A DNA stretch of 64,000 nt from Hemiscyllium ocellatum (Eukaryota): assembly GCF_020745735.1 (NCBI RefSeq), contig NC_083409.1, forward strand, positions 12,523,259 to 12,587,258, written 5' to 3'. Within the stretch, counting starts at the first letter, position 1. Each line of letters opens with the position of its first letter. Made by a program: the position numbers and the translations under genes. The notes beneath the pieces were generated by a model. That model ran no database searches, was not told where the DNA came from, and was given only the letters and a program-made list of their open reading frames with translations. Below are positions 49,176-62,202 of the stretch, in pieces.

Positions 49176-49550
49176 GGTGGCATGGTGGCTCAGTGGTTAG
49201 CATTGCTGTCTCACAGCACCAGGGACCCAGGTTCGATTCCAGCTTCGGGCAACAGTGTGTGTGGAGTTTGCACATTCTCCCCGTGTCTGCGTGGGTTTCC
49301 TCCGGGTGCTCCGGTTTCCTCCCACAGTCCAAAGATGTGCAGGGCAGGTGAATCGGCCATTTTAAATTGCCCATAGTTTTCGGTACATTAGTCAGATGGA
49401 AACAAGTTCACACTGACCCTCTGCAGAGTAACCCACACAGACCTATTTCCCTCTGACTAATGCACCTGACACTATGGGCAATTTAAAATGGCTGATTCAC
49501 CTGACCTTGACAGATGGACTTGTTTCCACACTGTACGGAATCTAATCTAA
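49176..49550 (+). mobile_element. HE1-like SINE with an internal inverted duplication
   Basis: Arms at 49342-49402 and 49446-49506. Confidence 0.85.
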
Positions 49551-49579
49551 GTAGTAAATCAAAAACACACACACACTAG

Positions 49580-49970
49580 GTATCCCAGTGCCAAGGATCC
49601 AGGTTCAATTCCATTTTTGGGCAACTGCTCGTGTGAAGTTTGTACATTCTCCCAGCATCTGGGTGAGTTTCTTCTGGGTGCTCCGGTTTCCTCCCATAGT
49701 CCAAAAGCTTGCAGGCTGGCTGGACTGATTGGACTTGTTAAATTGCCCGTAATGTCCAGGGATGTGCAGGCTCAGTGGATTAGCTGTAGAAGATGCAGTG
49801 GCGGGTGGGGTGTGGGGCACGAGGGGACAGGGATGTGTGGGGGGTGGGGGGTGGGGCAACAGGGATGTATGTGTGTGGGGGGGGAGACGGTCTGGGTAGG
49901 ATCCGCTTCAGAGGGTCAGTGTGGACTCTATTGCCAAACGGCCAGCTCACACTTTTCGGATGCTATGACC
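49580..49970 (+). mobile_element. Older HE1-related SINE, 5'-truncated
   Basis: gggttcaattcc..tttgtacattctccc..ctccggtttcctccca core. Confidence 0.7.
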
Positions 49971-51046
49971 TTCCTATTAATTTGCATGCTAACTTTGTGG
50001 TTCATGTACCAGGATACCCAGATCCGTCCGTGCCTTCCCGCACAATGGGGATAAGATTTGAATGCTTGCTTAGAATCGTTGTGCTAGTCATGGGGTAATA
50101 CTTGCTAAAGGGAGCTCTTGCTGGGACAGAAGGTTAGGAGAAAGCAGTCGGGACTTTCCAGTGCATTACTAGTCAACAAGTGGTTGTGGTAATTTCAGGA
50201 TTCGTGCTATGAAAATGCAGGAACAGGTACAGGCCTCAAGGGGACGTGACAGTGGAGTGCTGCTTGCACAGAGCATTCAGCAGGCACTGTGGTCACATCA
50301 GCAAAGGAAGACTGGGAATTTTCAACTCGAATGTCTCAAAACTACAACAGAGGTCCACTCAAATATTAGACTGAAGGTGAAACCTTGGTGTGTGCCATCA
50401 GTCAAAGGACTGAGAACACAAAGCCCAGGATCCACAGTGAGACAAACTGACCTACAGTGACCTAGTTTAGCAAATTCCCATCTCCTGAATTGGAAGTACC
50501 AATCTTTTCTGCCCAATAAATCCTGTTCATTTACTTTCCAAATTGCTGCTTACCATCGCTGCAAGGAAGGAAGGTTATTCCCCAACAAGAAATTTCTTCC
50601 TCTTGGCTTCAGTCTAGCATTTAAATCCCAACATATCCAGCATGGTGAGGGAATAATCCATAGGGAAGAGGAGGAGTGGGTGAGAGACAGGGAGGAGTTC
50701 TCAGGTCTACCCAGAGAGTAAACTGTATTATTTTTTCTCCCATACCGTCCACTGAGGGCTTATCTCTGACAAACTGGTCCCATTGTCTGGGCCAGTGAAG
50801 GAGGGGCTGGCAGATGGACTGCAGTATACCCATCCACTGCACGGGTTCTCCACCGTTCCTTGTCAGCATCAGCCGGGAAGCTGGGCCCCAGCAGGGTGCA
50901 GCTGCTTTAGGATGGTCACCCACTGACATTAAGAAAGGAATGAGAGACAAACCCCACACTCAGACCCTGAAACACCAGCCACCCGATGCACCATTTGGTT
51001 CAACCCAATCTGCTCAGTGCCCATCTCCCAGGAAATAGGCAGGTCA

Positions 51047-51498
<452 letters not shown>

Positions 51499-52047
51499 TC
51501 AGGGGGCTGGGGGAGAGCATACCTTGCTCTGGAGATGGAGCTGCATTCAATTGCCCAGCTCCAAGCCACCCAGTCAGTCAGTGAGCACACCATGCAGTAT
51601 AACTGATCACATACAGGCCTTTCTGTTGGGGTATACAGCACAACCAGCCTGAGCTCTCTGCTTCCAACAAGAATGGTGTAGGTTCAAGTCCCATGTCCGA
51701 GATTTAAGAGATGGCGTTGAACTCTGACAATGCAGTGCACACAGTGGGGAATGCTGCACTGTCACACCGACTGTCTTTTGGATGAGCCCTTGCCCTCTCA
51801 GGCGAGTGGAAATCCTGTCCTGGGTCGAATTCCGAACAGCAGAGAAAGTCTCCACTTGCTGAGTGTCACTTGCTTCCCACTCCCCACACCCCAGCTCCCG
51901 GACCCTTCCCATATTACAGTCATGGCGAGATTTCCAAAATAATGAATCTGCTGAAAACCAGGTTGAAACACCTGGAGGTTGAGAGAGACGGTTCCCTTTC
52001 GATTTGGGATCTTGGATTAGAGAGTGAGGAGAAGTCATGTCCCTTAC

Positions 52048-52158
52048 CTGATCCAGGTCACTCCTCAGGGCGATCTTGCTGGTCACAAGCTCATGAGCCA
52101 AGTCATCGTTCTCCTGCTCCAGGCGCAAGCTGGCCTCCTGCAACCTCCGATTCTCCCG
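52048..52158 (-). CDS. RABGAP1L: RABGAP1L exon (RENRRLQEASLRLEQENDDLAHELVTSKIALRSDLDQ)
   Basis: 111 nt, gcag/gtaag boundaries, phase 0, conserved coiled-coil sequence. Confidence 0.93.
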
Positions 52159-52299
52159 CTGCACAAATCAAACCCACACAGATTCGCTCACTCAACCAGT
52201 GGCAATAACTTAACCTGCTGAGTGCTGCAAAGTCTCCAGTCACATGCTCAGAGCCTGACTCTCCCCACTCATCAGAGTCACCATCATCCTGGGTCTCCA

Positions 52300-52570
52300 C
52301 CTCATTCCCCAGTCATGGAGTCTGGACCCTGAGCCTCCCCCTCACTCCCCAGTCACGAAGCCTGGGTCTGGGCCTCCCCCTCATTCCCCAGTCATGGAGT
52401 CTGGACCCTGGGTCTTTCCCTCACTCCCCAGTCACGGAGCCTGGGTCTGCATCTCCCCCTCACTCCCCAACCACGGAGCCTGGGCCCTGGGTCTCCCCCT
52501 CACTCCCCAGTCATGGAGCCTGGATCTGGGTCTCACCCTCACTCCCCAGTCACTGAGCCTGGATCTCCCT
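52300..52570. repeat. 39-40-bp minisatellite, ~7 units
   Basis: cctca(c/t)tccccagtca(t/c)ggagcctgg... repeated. Confidence 0.9.
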
Positions 52571-54369
52571 CTGTTCCCACCCCCTCCCCCTGTCACAGAG
52601 TCTGGGAGCGAGTCATGAAGTAGCTCTGAGCCTCGAATGTCCCATCACAGGATAGCAAGGAAAATCCCTATTGAAGGAGGGGATGACATGCTGGGCTACG
52701 TTGTCTCGAGGAAGCTGTTCAATATTGAATGGAACCAGCAGGAAAGGGCTGAACAACCAAGTCTCTGGGCCATAAGCAAATGGGAATGGGATATGGAACA
52801 GGCAGATACAGAGACGAACACTCACAAAGAGGAGACCAAACTTGAAATGAGATACTAATACACAGTAGATGGAGTTTAATGTTGGATAGTGTAAGATCAT
52901 GTACCTTAGTCAGAATGATCAAAAGGCAGTCTATTATGTAAATAGAGAGAGATTCCAAAACAGTGCAGTGCAGAGGGATTGGTGTGTTCTTGTGCATCAA
53001 ACACAGTTAGTGCAGGTGCAGCAAGCAGCAATTGAGAAGGCAAATGGAATTTTATCCTTTATTGCCAAGAATGGAAATTGAAAAATAGAGGAATCTTGTT
53101 ATAACTGTGCAGTTGCACTTGGAGAGCGGTGTGTAATTTTGGTTCCTGGAAAGGATGGACTGTCTTTGGAGGCCTCCTCCTATTTCTGATGTCCTTGTGC
53201 ACTCCAGTGTGGTTCCCTCACTTCAGTAGCAGCCTCCAGTCTTTGGGTGGTGCGGCCAAATGACCTGCCTTGCCCAGGCAGTTCCAGTTCCCACATTACA
53301 ACAACATCTGAACGTTGGAAGTACTGTTTTACAGTCAATGGAATACTGAATCATAGAGACGTACAGCACAGAAACAGACCCTACGATCCAACTTGCCCAT
53401 GCCAACCAGATATCCTAATCTAATCTAGTCCCATTTGCAAGCACATGGCCCATTTCCGGGTGCCTTTTAAATGGTGCAATTGTACCAGCCTCCACCACTT
53501 CCTCTGGCAGTTCATTCCATACATGTACCATGCTGTGTGAAAAAGTTGCCCCTTAGATCTCTTTTATATCTTTCCCCTCTCACCCTAAACCTATGCCCTC
53601 CCCCACCCCAGGGAAAAGACTCTGTTTATTTACCCTATCCATGCCCCTCATAATTTTATAAATGTCTATAAGGTCACCCCTCAGCCTCCAGAGCTTCAGG
53701 GAAAACAGACCCAGCCTATTCAGCCTCTCCCTCAAATCCTCCAACCCTGACAACACCCTTGTAAATCTTTTCTGAACCCGTTTAAGTTTCACATCTTTGA
53801 ACATTCTGAGCTCATGAACTATGCAACATAAAACAATTCTCTCTCCTTTTTGGTTCCTCTCCATGCCTCCCTACCTGTTCCCTCATAACATCCCTTCCTT
53901 GTTTAAAAGTTGGAATGAGTCATTAATCTCTGGGAGAACTTTGTGGCAACATTTGAGACTAATTACCACCTCCTCAGTGGGCTGTATGTATAAAGGTGTG
54001 TCTTGATCTGGATTGTCTCCAGTCAGTCTGTGTTATCGTCCTGGGATCAGACAGTGCTTACCAACCTTAGACCCTATGATCTGATTGAGATGAAGGGTGA
54101 GCTGTGCCGGGTATTAACACAGGGGTCAGTGCAGTGACGCAGGGATTACCCATTTCACAAGAGAGTAAATGGAAGTAACAAACAGTGTGAATGGTGACAC
54201 CCTCACCAAGTCCCGGGGTGGGAGGGTACAAGAACAGTAACATCCTCAGATAGGATGCTAAAATTGGTTATCCCCAGTAACAACAACACTCCGCAGAGAC
54301 TGTCTGTTCCTATTCCTTGCTGTCCTGTAATGCATGTCCTTGGTTTGGTTTATATTTTCTCAGTTGTAT

Positions 54370-55600
54370 TTCAGTTTGACGAGGTGATTCAGTAACAAGT
54401 AATCCAATTTCATATTTCGTGTAGCAGCAGATCTACTGAAGGTCATCCTTTCATTTGGAGCTTGCCCAGGTTTCTGTCCAGGCTGATACAGCATGGTCTA
54501 CCAGTGCTGCTCCTATTGGGCTAAACCATCACACACGAGGGAATCTGACGGGCACTTTCTCTTTGTGCTGACAAAGGGAGAGATTTGCTTTTACTGCGAT
54601 GGTGGCCAAAGAAACAAGTCAGTGAATGTGTTTCTAGCTGAGCAGAATGTCCTGATGTTCATGATGGGATTAACCTCAACAGTTCCCACTTGTCTTTACA
54701 CTGACAGTGGGGCAGGAAGTCACCATGCAGTGGTCTCCTGGCTCACACTGTGAAACCAAGTTGATGGTATAACTGCCGAGAGCAAGACAATGCCTTGGAC
54801 TCACTGAACAACCAGAGGCTTCAGCCAACAACTGGGTCACAGGCAAATGGCGTGTTGTATAAACTCTCAGTATCTCAGGGAACAAACACAACTACTGAGC
54901 TACAAAACCGAACAGGATATTTTTTATTACAAATTAGCACTCCAAATTCCAAACGCAATATTTACAAAACCTGGATGCAATCTAATTTCAAATGTAGCTA
55001 CAAAGACGACAGCATTTTCTCTGAAAACTCGACGATAATGGGATGAGAATTCAAACACCCACCCACACTTCATCACACTGTGTTGAAGACGCACTATCCT
55101 CATCACAACACGTTTATAAAGCTCTTCATAACACATAAGGGGAGAGAAACATTGAAAAATGTGTTACCATGAGTGAGGGTCCATTAAAAACTCAGATCAT
55201 GATACTAAATGATTCCAGTCATAAACAAACAATGATGCATTTACACCATTAGGTTGTTTAACAATTTTAAAAAAATTTGATCAGAAAGAAAATAAGGACA
55301 ATGTGCAGATTGTTGAACAGGCCCCTACACCTGGTCCTGAGGCAGGAGCCCAAGCTCCAACACACTGGCCTCACCTCACACCAACCTTCACAGTGCGGGG
55401 TCATGAACTCCGGCAATCAACCCCTCTGGGACAGGGATGGAGTGAGGGAACAGGGACAATAGTAGAAGAGGCAATAAGGAGTAAAGCAAGATGGAGAGTG
55501 TGTTTTGGAAAGGGGTTAGAGGAGGAAATATACTTTGTGCCACTCAGTACTGACATCGTCTACGTGTATCACAGAATGAACATAACAGCACACTGTGAAG
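54370..55600 (+). mobile_element. Degraded LTR-retroelement pol remnant, duplicate 2 (RABGAP1L intron, antisense to the gene)
   Basis: Paralogous to 13450-14950 with the same motifs. Confidence 0.5.
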
Positions 55601-58600
55601 ACAAACAATAGTCACAACAAAGTACTTTTTCTCAGGAATATTGATGTATCATATCGCAGGGGACATTTCCATTGTGGTGCAATAACTATTGTGGTTTTAA
55701 AGCTGTAATCGCTCTCGCGACTGAGCTGGTTAGATCCTAGCAAAGCCCAAGTTTATTTGTACTGTTCATGGACAGAGAAACAGTTGTCCTCTCGTGACTT
55801 TCCAGAGCTTGTACTGCTCCCCCTACCACTGGCATCCAAAAGACCAACAGACAATTCAATGGATTCCAACTTTGACCTGGGTACCCATTTCCACTACCCT
55901 TTGTCAGAAAGAGTTCTTCCTGAAATCATCCCAATTCTAATTTTATCAATTTTTTTCCTGTTCTGGACTCTGGCACTGAAGAAAACAGTTTACATGAACA
56001 CTTAAATCATCTCCAGGGGAAAAGCATCACTTACACAACCTGTTCTTTCTCATTAACAATTGGGGGCAGGGCAGCTTAACAGGGAACAGTCTCCCTTTTA
56101 AAACGAGGTGGTGCTTTCTTGCTGAGGGTCAACAATCTGTGGAATTCTCATTTCTACATCAGAATGGAGATTGGATCATTGAGTTTCCTCAAGGCTGAGT
56201 GAGACAGATTTTTCATGAACATAACAGTTAAGGACAATGGGGGAGACAGTAAAGCAGAAAGTGCAGCTGAGATCACACCCAGATGAGCAGTGTGATCTTC
56301 TTCATTAGCACAGCAGCTCCCAAAAGGCCTGCTCCTGCTCCTGGGTCCTATGGTTCTGGCAGATGGCGGAAGCAATCCTGGACCCCCATCTTTCCTTTGT
56401 CATTCACTGACAGAAATATAATTTCAAAACAAACATTATTTTCTTTAACAAGACCAATTCAACTCATTGCAGCATTTTTATCAGCTCTCTTTTCATCTCA
56501 ACAGGGTTTTAGAAACATGTGTTTTGCATTACGTTGGAGAGGAGACAGACACAAGACAGAGCGAAGCCTGAGAGAACAGAGACAGCTTTCACTCTGCACA
56601 GCAAGGCTGTCACGGGAAACATCTGATGAAAGGCATGGAGGGGGCTGAAGAGGTGAGAGGCATGGGAAAAGAGGACTTCCAGTTCAAAATAAAAGCTCAA
56701 CACAGATCGCCACCATCTAATTAATAAATGTGAGACAATCACAAACCCATAACAGTACCAGTGTGGTGGCTCAGAAGCTAAAAGGCAGACAGCATAGAGT
56801 TACGATATTCCTTCTCAGGACGTTAATGTCATTGACAAGCCTCATATATATTGCCCATCTCCAGCCGCTCGGACTGAGTTCTTTGCTGAGGGAGGTCATG
56901 GGGCCGTTGAGAATGAATCGCGTCACTGTGGGACTGGAGTCACAGACCGGGTGATGGCTGGGATCCCTTGCCCAAAGAACATTCTTGAAGATGACATTGA
57001 GTTTCATGGTTTTTTTGGACAGATCCCAACGCCTTCCTTCTCAGATATTACATGGCTCACCACCGCCCTCTCCAGGATAATTAGGGAAGGGCAACAAACA
57101 GTAGCCACTTTTGTACCCGCCCCATCCCAGGAGAAATCAAAATAAATGAGACAAACTTCAAATGATCAAACTGGTGAGGCTTGAATTCATCTCTTTGAAA
57201 GACTGGAACCTAGGCCAGAAACAGCCATAACATGGGTGACCCTGGTTTGTCAGACTGAAAGGTGGAGTGTCCTTTGGATTGGCACTGGGATCAGGCACAA
57301 AATAAATTGCACTCAAAGACCAAACACACGGCTATCAAAGCGGGTCACCAAACTGCAAAGAGCAGCAATTGAGGCTCTGCCTCCCCATCTCCCTTCCCCC
57401 TTCTCAGGTGGATCTGCAAGATCCCACTCAGAAGGGATTCCCTCAGGTATCCTGCTGAAAAATCAACTGGTGCCAAAATAGATTTGTCTAGTCATTCATT
57501 TGCTGGTCGTGGGATCTCACCATCTTGCCCACGTGAACGTGACTGCACTGTGCACACCGCTTTAAATATCCTGAGACATCGTTAAAGGCTGTTACAAACA
57601 AGAGTTCTTTCTTCTTCACCATGTAAAGAGGGAGCAACAAGCAAGTGATAATACACACTGAGCGTAAACACTGAAGCTTCAGCTGAAAGGCTTTTTACAC
57701 TATGTTAACCTGCTCCCTGGGCATTTCCTTCCAATGTCCGAGATGGTTATCAGGCTGGGATGGAGGCTGACAGATCACATGGAATCCTTCAGGCAAGGTA
57801 CACAAGGGCACAGTCCAGGCTTGCTGCAAACATTGGCCTTCTCCTATTGAAGGGCTGGGAGATTCTCTATGGCGGTTTCTAGTGCACGTCCTCCGTGGAA
57901 ATATCACAGACTTTACTGAAATGAAATGAACTGAAAGAAGAGAAGGAAATGGCAAGAATTAACCAGACAAGGATGAGCATCAAGAGAGATGGGAGTGTGT
58001 GGAAGGTTCAGTGCCAGTTAAAAATTCCAATTGGATTTCACAAGAGAAGCTCAAATATTTACAAAATATATAACCAAGTACTGTGCGCATTGCTCCCACA
58101 ATACATTTGGAAACTGCAAATGGAATCACACGGAATATCATTGGGACTAGGAATGCAATGTCACCTTCTCAAAGTTAAATGAAGGATGGGCAATGAAAGC
58201 TGATCTTGCCAGTAACACTCATTCCAAAAACTAATGAAAACATATCCATTCCCCCTTATTCCTAACCATGAAGGGAGATGCAGTACTGTCAACCTTGGTT
58301 TTGGGGAGATGGCGGCTCAGTAGTAATGTCATTAGTCTATTAATCCAGAGGGCCAGGCAAATTCCCTGGGACACAAATTCAAATCCTACTATGGCAGGTG
58401 GGGAATGTGCAGTCCATGAATACATCTGGAATTGAGCGCCACCCCACAGTATTGGTGATCATGGTGGTAATATCATCACTTGGTATAAAAACACATCTGG
58501 TTTACTGATGTCCTTTATGGAAGGATTTCAAGACAAGATTTATTAGGATGTTGCCAGGGGTGGAGAGAGATTGGAGAAACTGGGCTTTTCTCTTCTTAGA

Positions 58601-59279
58601 GCAGAGGAGATTAAGACAGGACATGATTGAGATGCATAAAATTATGAAGGGTCTGGATCAGAGGGATAGGAAGGAACTTTCCCTCGGAGTGAAAATCTTT
58701 TCACAGAGGGTAGTGGGAATCTGGACCTCATCGCCTGCAAGTGTTTTGGAGGCAAAAACCCTCACCACATTGAAGTATTATTTAGATGTACACTCGTGGT
58801 GACAAGGCATACAAGACTATGGGCCAAGTGCTGGGAAGTAGGATTAGAAGGTAGGTGGGTGTTTTTGACTGGTTCAGGCCCATTGGGTCGAAGGGTCTTG
58901 TTCTTGTAGACCCGTTGTCGATGTCTGAGTCTGCAAGGACTCCAGACCTACCCTTGTCTGTCATTTGCAAAGGCCATACAATCCACTCAGTTCTAGGGCA
59001 GTTAGGGATGAAGAACAAATACTGTACTGGTCATGCCAGTAATACCTGCATCCCAGGAAAGAATAGAGAGACTCAGTGGTAGCACCTTCAAGCTCCACTC
59101 CATACACTGGAGCACTATCCTGAGGCTGGAATGCCATCTGCTGGATGATCGGTTGAACTACTGTCCTCTCAAGGCTTTGTCATTGTCTAAGGGCCAATCT
59201 GTCCAGGGTACTAGTCAATATTTCTCTTATAACCAATGGCATTAAAACAGATACAAAAGCAAATACTGCAGATCTTATA

Positions 59280-59561
59280 GGGCGGCACAGTGGCTCAGTG
59301 GCTCGCACAGCTGTCTCACAGCACTGGGGTCCCAGGTTCGATTCCAGCAGGCGACTGTGTGGAGTTTGCACATTCTCCCTGTGTTTGCATGGGTTTCCTC
59401 CCACAGTCCAAAGATGTGCAGGTCAGGTGAATTGGCCAGGCTAAATTGCCCATAATGTTAGGTGCATTAGTCAGAGGGAAATGAATCTGGGTGGGTTACT
59501 CTTCGGAGGATCGGTGTGGACTGGTTGGGCTGAAGGGCCTGTTTCCACACTGTAGGGAATC
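59280..59561 (+). mobile_element. HE1-like SINE
   Basis: Head and tail motifs. Confidence 0.88.
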
Positions 59562-59998
59562 TTTTTTAAGAAAAAAACAAGATGCTGGAGAAAGGTAGCC
59601 TCTGTGGGGAGAGGAGGAGTGAATGTCTTGGGTTCAATGATGTCTTATTGAAAAGGCAACACCTTGAAACCATAAATCTCTTTTCTCTCTCTCTCTCTCT
59701 ACGTGCTGGCAAACCTGATGATTCTTACTGCCCGAAAATAGCTCGCCTGACAAATTAGTGGCAGTTTCTCACATTCGAGCCACCACACAAAAAATATCAA
59801 ATTGGTCATAACACCCTTCAGAACATTACAAGATTGTGAAAGTTGTCACAGAAATAGGGTCCTCTTTGTTTTAGATGACAGAAAATTTGTTTTTTTTAAA
59901 AAAAAAGAAAACAAATACAATCTGGTTTCAGGGTGGATAATTTCTTCCTAACTAGACTCAATACCTTTGGAGAAGGAGAAAGCAGCTGCTGGAGGTCA

Positions 59999-60332
59999 GA
60001 GTCAAAAAAAAAAGTGTGATGCTGGAAAAGCACAAGGTCAGGCAGCATCCGAGGATCAAGACAGCTGACGTTTTGAGCATCTCAGTCAGAATCATTGGCG
60101 ACCTTTAAGCGGCAATTGGATAGGTACATGGATGGGTGCTTAATCTAGGATAGATGTTCGGCACAACATCGTGGGCCAAAGGGCCTGTTCTGTGCTGTAT
60201 TGTTCTATGTTCTTCCTGATCATATTCCTCATCATATTCCTGATGAAGAGTTTATGCTCGAAACGGCAACTCTCCTGCTCCTCAGATGCTACCTGACCAG
60301 CTATGCTTTTCCAGCACCACACGTTTTGACTC
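59999..60332. repeat. Decayed palindromic element with a CR1 3' fragment (~60093-60212) inserted at its centre
   Basis: Termini gagtcaaaa..gtgtgatgctggaaaagc / gcttttccagcaccacacgttttgactc. Hammerhead-like CTGATGAAGAG..CTCGAAAC at 60240-60264. Confidence 0.75.
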
Positions 60333-61470
60333 AGGACCATAGGAGAAATCTGAAGTAAGGTTTCAGCGAAAGTTGCAGAGGTCGGACAGGAAGTTTTTCG
60401 TACACATCTATGGCAACTAGATATCCCACTAACAGAGAGGTCTTTTCCTTGTAATTTCCCCAAGGGTGGTACCAAGATGAGTCCAATGGGCTTCGCTCAG
60501 CCATGATGCTGGTTATGTTTGACAAAACTAAATCGCTCATTGCTTAGTCTACAACAGACCGAGACGGGAGGCGAAAACATCTGAGTGGTGGACAGCTTTG
60601 GAAACCACAGGCCCCAAGTTTACTTCCCCAGCATTTAAGGTCCCTTGTGGCAGTGTTCCTACCTCCTGGACCTGGAGATCTGGGATCAGGACCTACCTGC
60701 TTTAGAGGGTATATAACAAGAACAGACTGATTGGAAAATGTCCCTTGCCACATCAGATCTCATGATATGGCTGAAATGTCTCTCTTCTGAATGAAATCTC
60801 AGCTGTTCTTGAATTTACAAGTTGCAATTGCTTCACCCAGGGAGTGGGCTCCTTGCATTGACCACTCACTCAAGTCACGCTTCTGTAGATTTAATTTGAG
60901 ACGCCTGGTTCTGCTGGTCTGGACCAGCATGCTCTGCTATATTCTAGTCCCTGTGACAGTGCCATGGTGCTAGGAAGAAGTGAGTAACCTAGCCTGCAAA
61001 GAACTGGCTAGTGAAAACTAATCTTGCTAACCCTCCTGGACATCAAAAGGAGATGACATGTGTGAGTTATCAGTGAAAAGTGCTTCGTGAATTACCGAGC
61101 CGTGTGATTGCTTGGATGAGGTGAAAAGCCCAGATTGAAGGGGAAAACGATTCTGGGAAAAACACCTCTGACCTGGTTGTGATAATTAAAAACTAACCCT
61201 GTGTGATGCATGGTCATGGACTAGAGGCTCCACATAGCTCAGAGTGGTCCTAAACATGGCTGCCCTGTCCGCCCCTTACTGTAGTCTGAGCAGATCCCTT
61301 CGCACAGCCTCACAGAAATCGGCTTGAATGGCTGATGCACAAGCTTTGTCATTTAGTCAGTCGCTAGTTTCAAGCAGCAAGCCACCCCCCACCATCAACG
61401 CACAACCAACACCATTCCTCGTCACAAGACAGCTTCAAGAAACCTCACTCCGACGGGACACTTCCCCTAC

Positions 61471-61563
61471 CTTATATCTGTCAATCGGGTCTTCCTGATG
61501 TGCCTGCTGCTCTCTCAGGGTTTGATACTCCTTTTCATATTTCTTCAGCTTTTTCGTTGGCAC
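61471..61563 (-). CDS. RABGAP1L: RABGAP1L exon (VPTKKLKKYEKEYQTLREQQAHQEDPIDRYK)
   Basis: 93 nt, ccag acceptor and gtagg donor, phase 0. VPTKK...DRYK matches RABGAP1L rather than RABGAP1. Confidence 0.9.
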
Positions 61564-62202
61564 CTGGAGAGATCGAGGTAGAGAAAGGTGTGTTAGTGGA
61601 AGCTACAGACAGCCCTCATCACCACCAGTTGTGGAGAATGTTAACTCTAAGCTCAGCCTGCAGGTGACAGTGTTGCTTCTGATGAGAGCCCAACTCAGTC
61701 AGCCAAATAGTCTCAGAGATACTGGGAAGTAAAGCAGTGAAGACCGGGGGTGGGGAAGCTGCTTTACTCAGTGAGCGAGGGGAAGGTGGGGTCAGGTCTG
61801 TAAATGACAGCTAAATAAATAACATTAAGCAGTGCAGGTCAGTCAGCTATGCCAGTATTCATTGAGATCATGGTTTATCCAGATCCTAATTCCATCTATC
61901 CCTGGTTCCACGCTTCCAAAATCACCCCTGAATGGCCTAACTCTCATTTCAAGGTCATGCTCCACAAGATGCAATCGATTCTCTCAATCAATCCGAGCAT
62001 CTTCTTTTAGTTATCTTAAACATCAGTCAGAAACGTTGAAGAATATTAGGAGAACACAAATACAAATGATCCAAATATCAGAAATCTAGATAGAAAAGAA
62101 AAACAACAAACAAAAACACATGAAATGGCAGAAGCAGGAAACCTAGAAGACAAACAATGTTGTGGAGAAACTTGGCATCTGGGCAAACATTGGTGGAGAT
62201 AG

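Noticed and set aside
52103-52300. ORF METQDDGDSDEW... as an alternative first exon of RABGAP1L
   Set aside because: Starts at GTG inside or next to the minisatellite, has a weak donor (GTTAAG) and would need a ~55-nt intron. No support.
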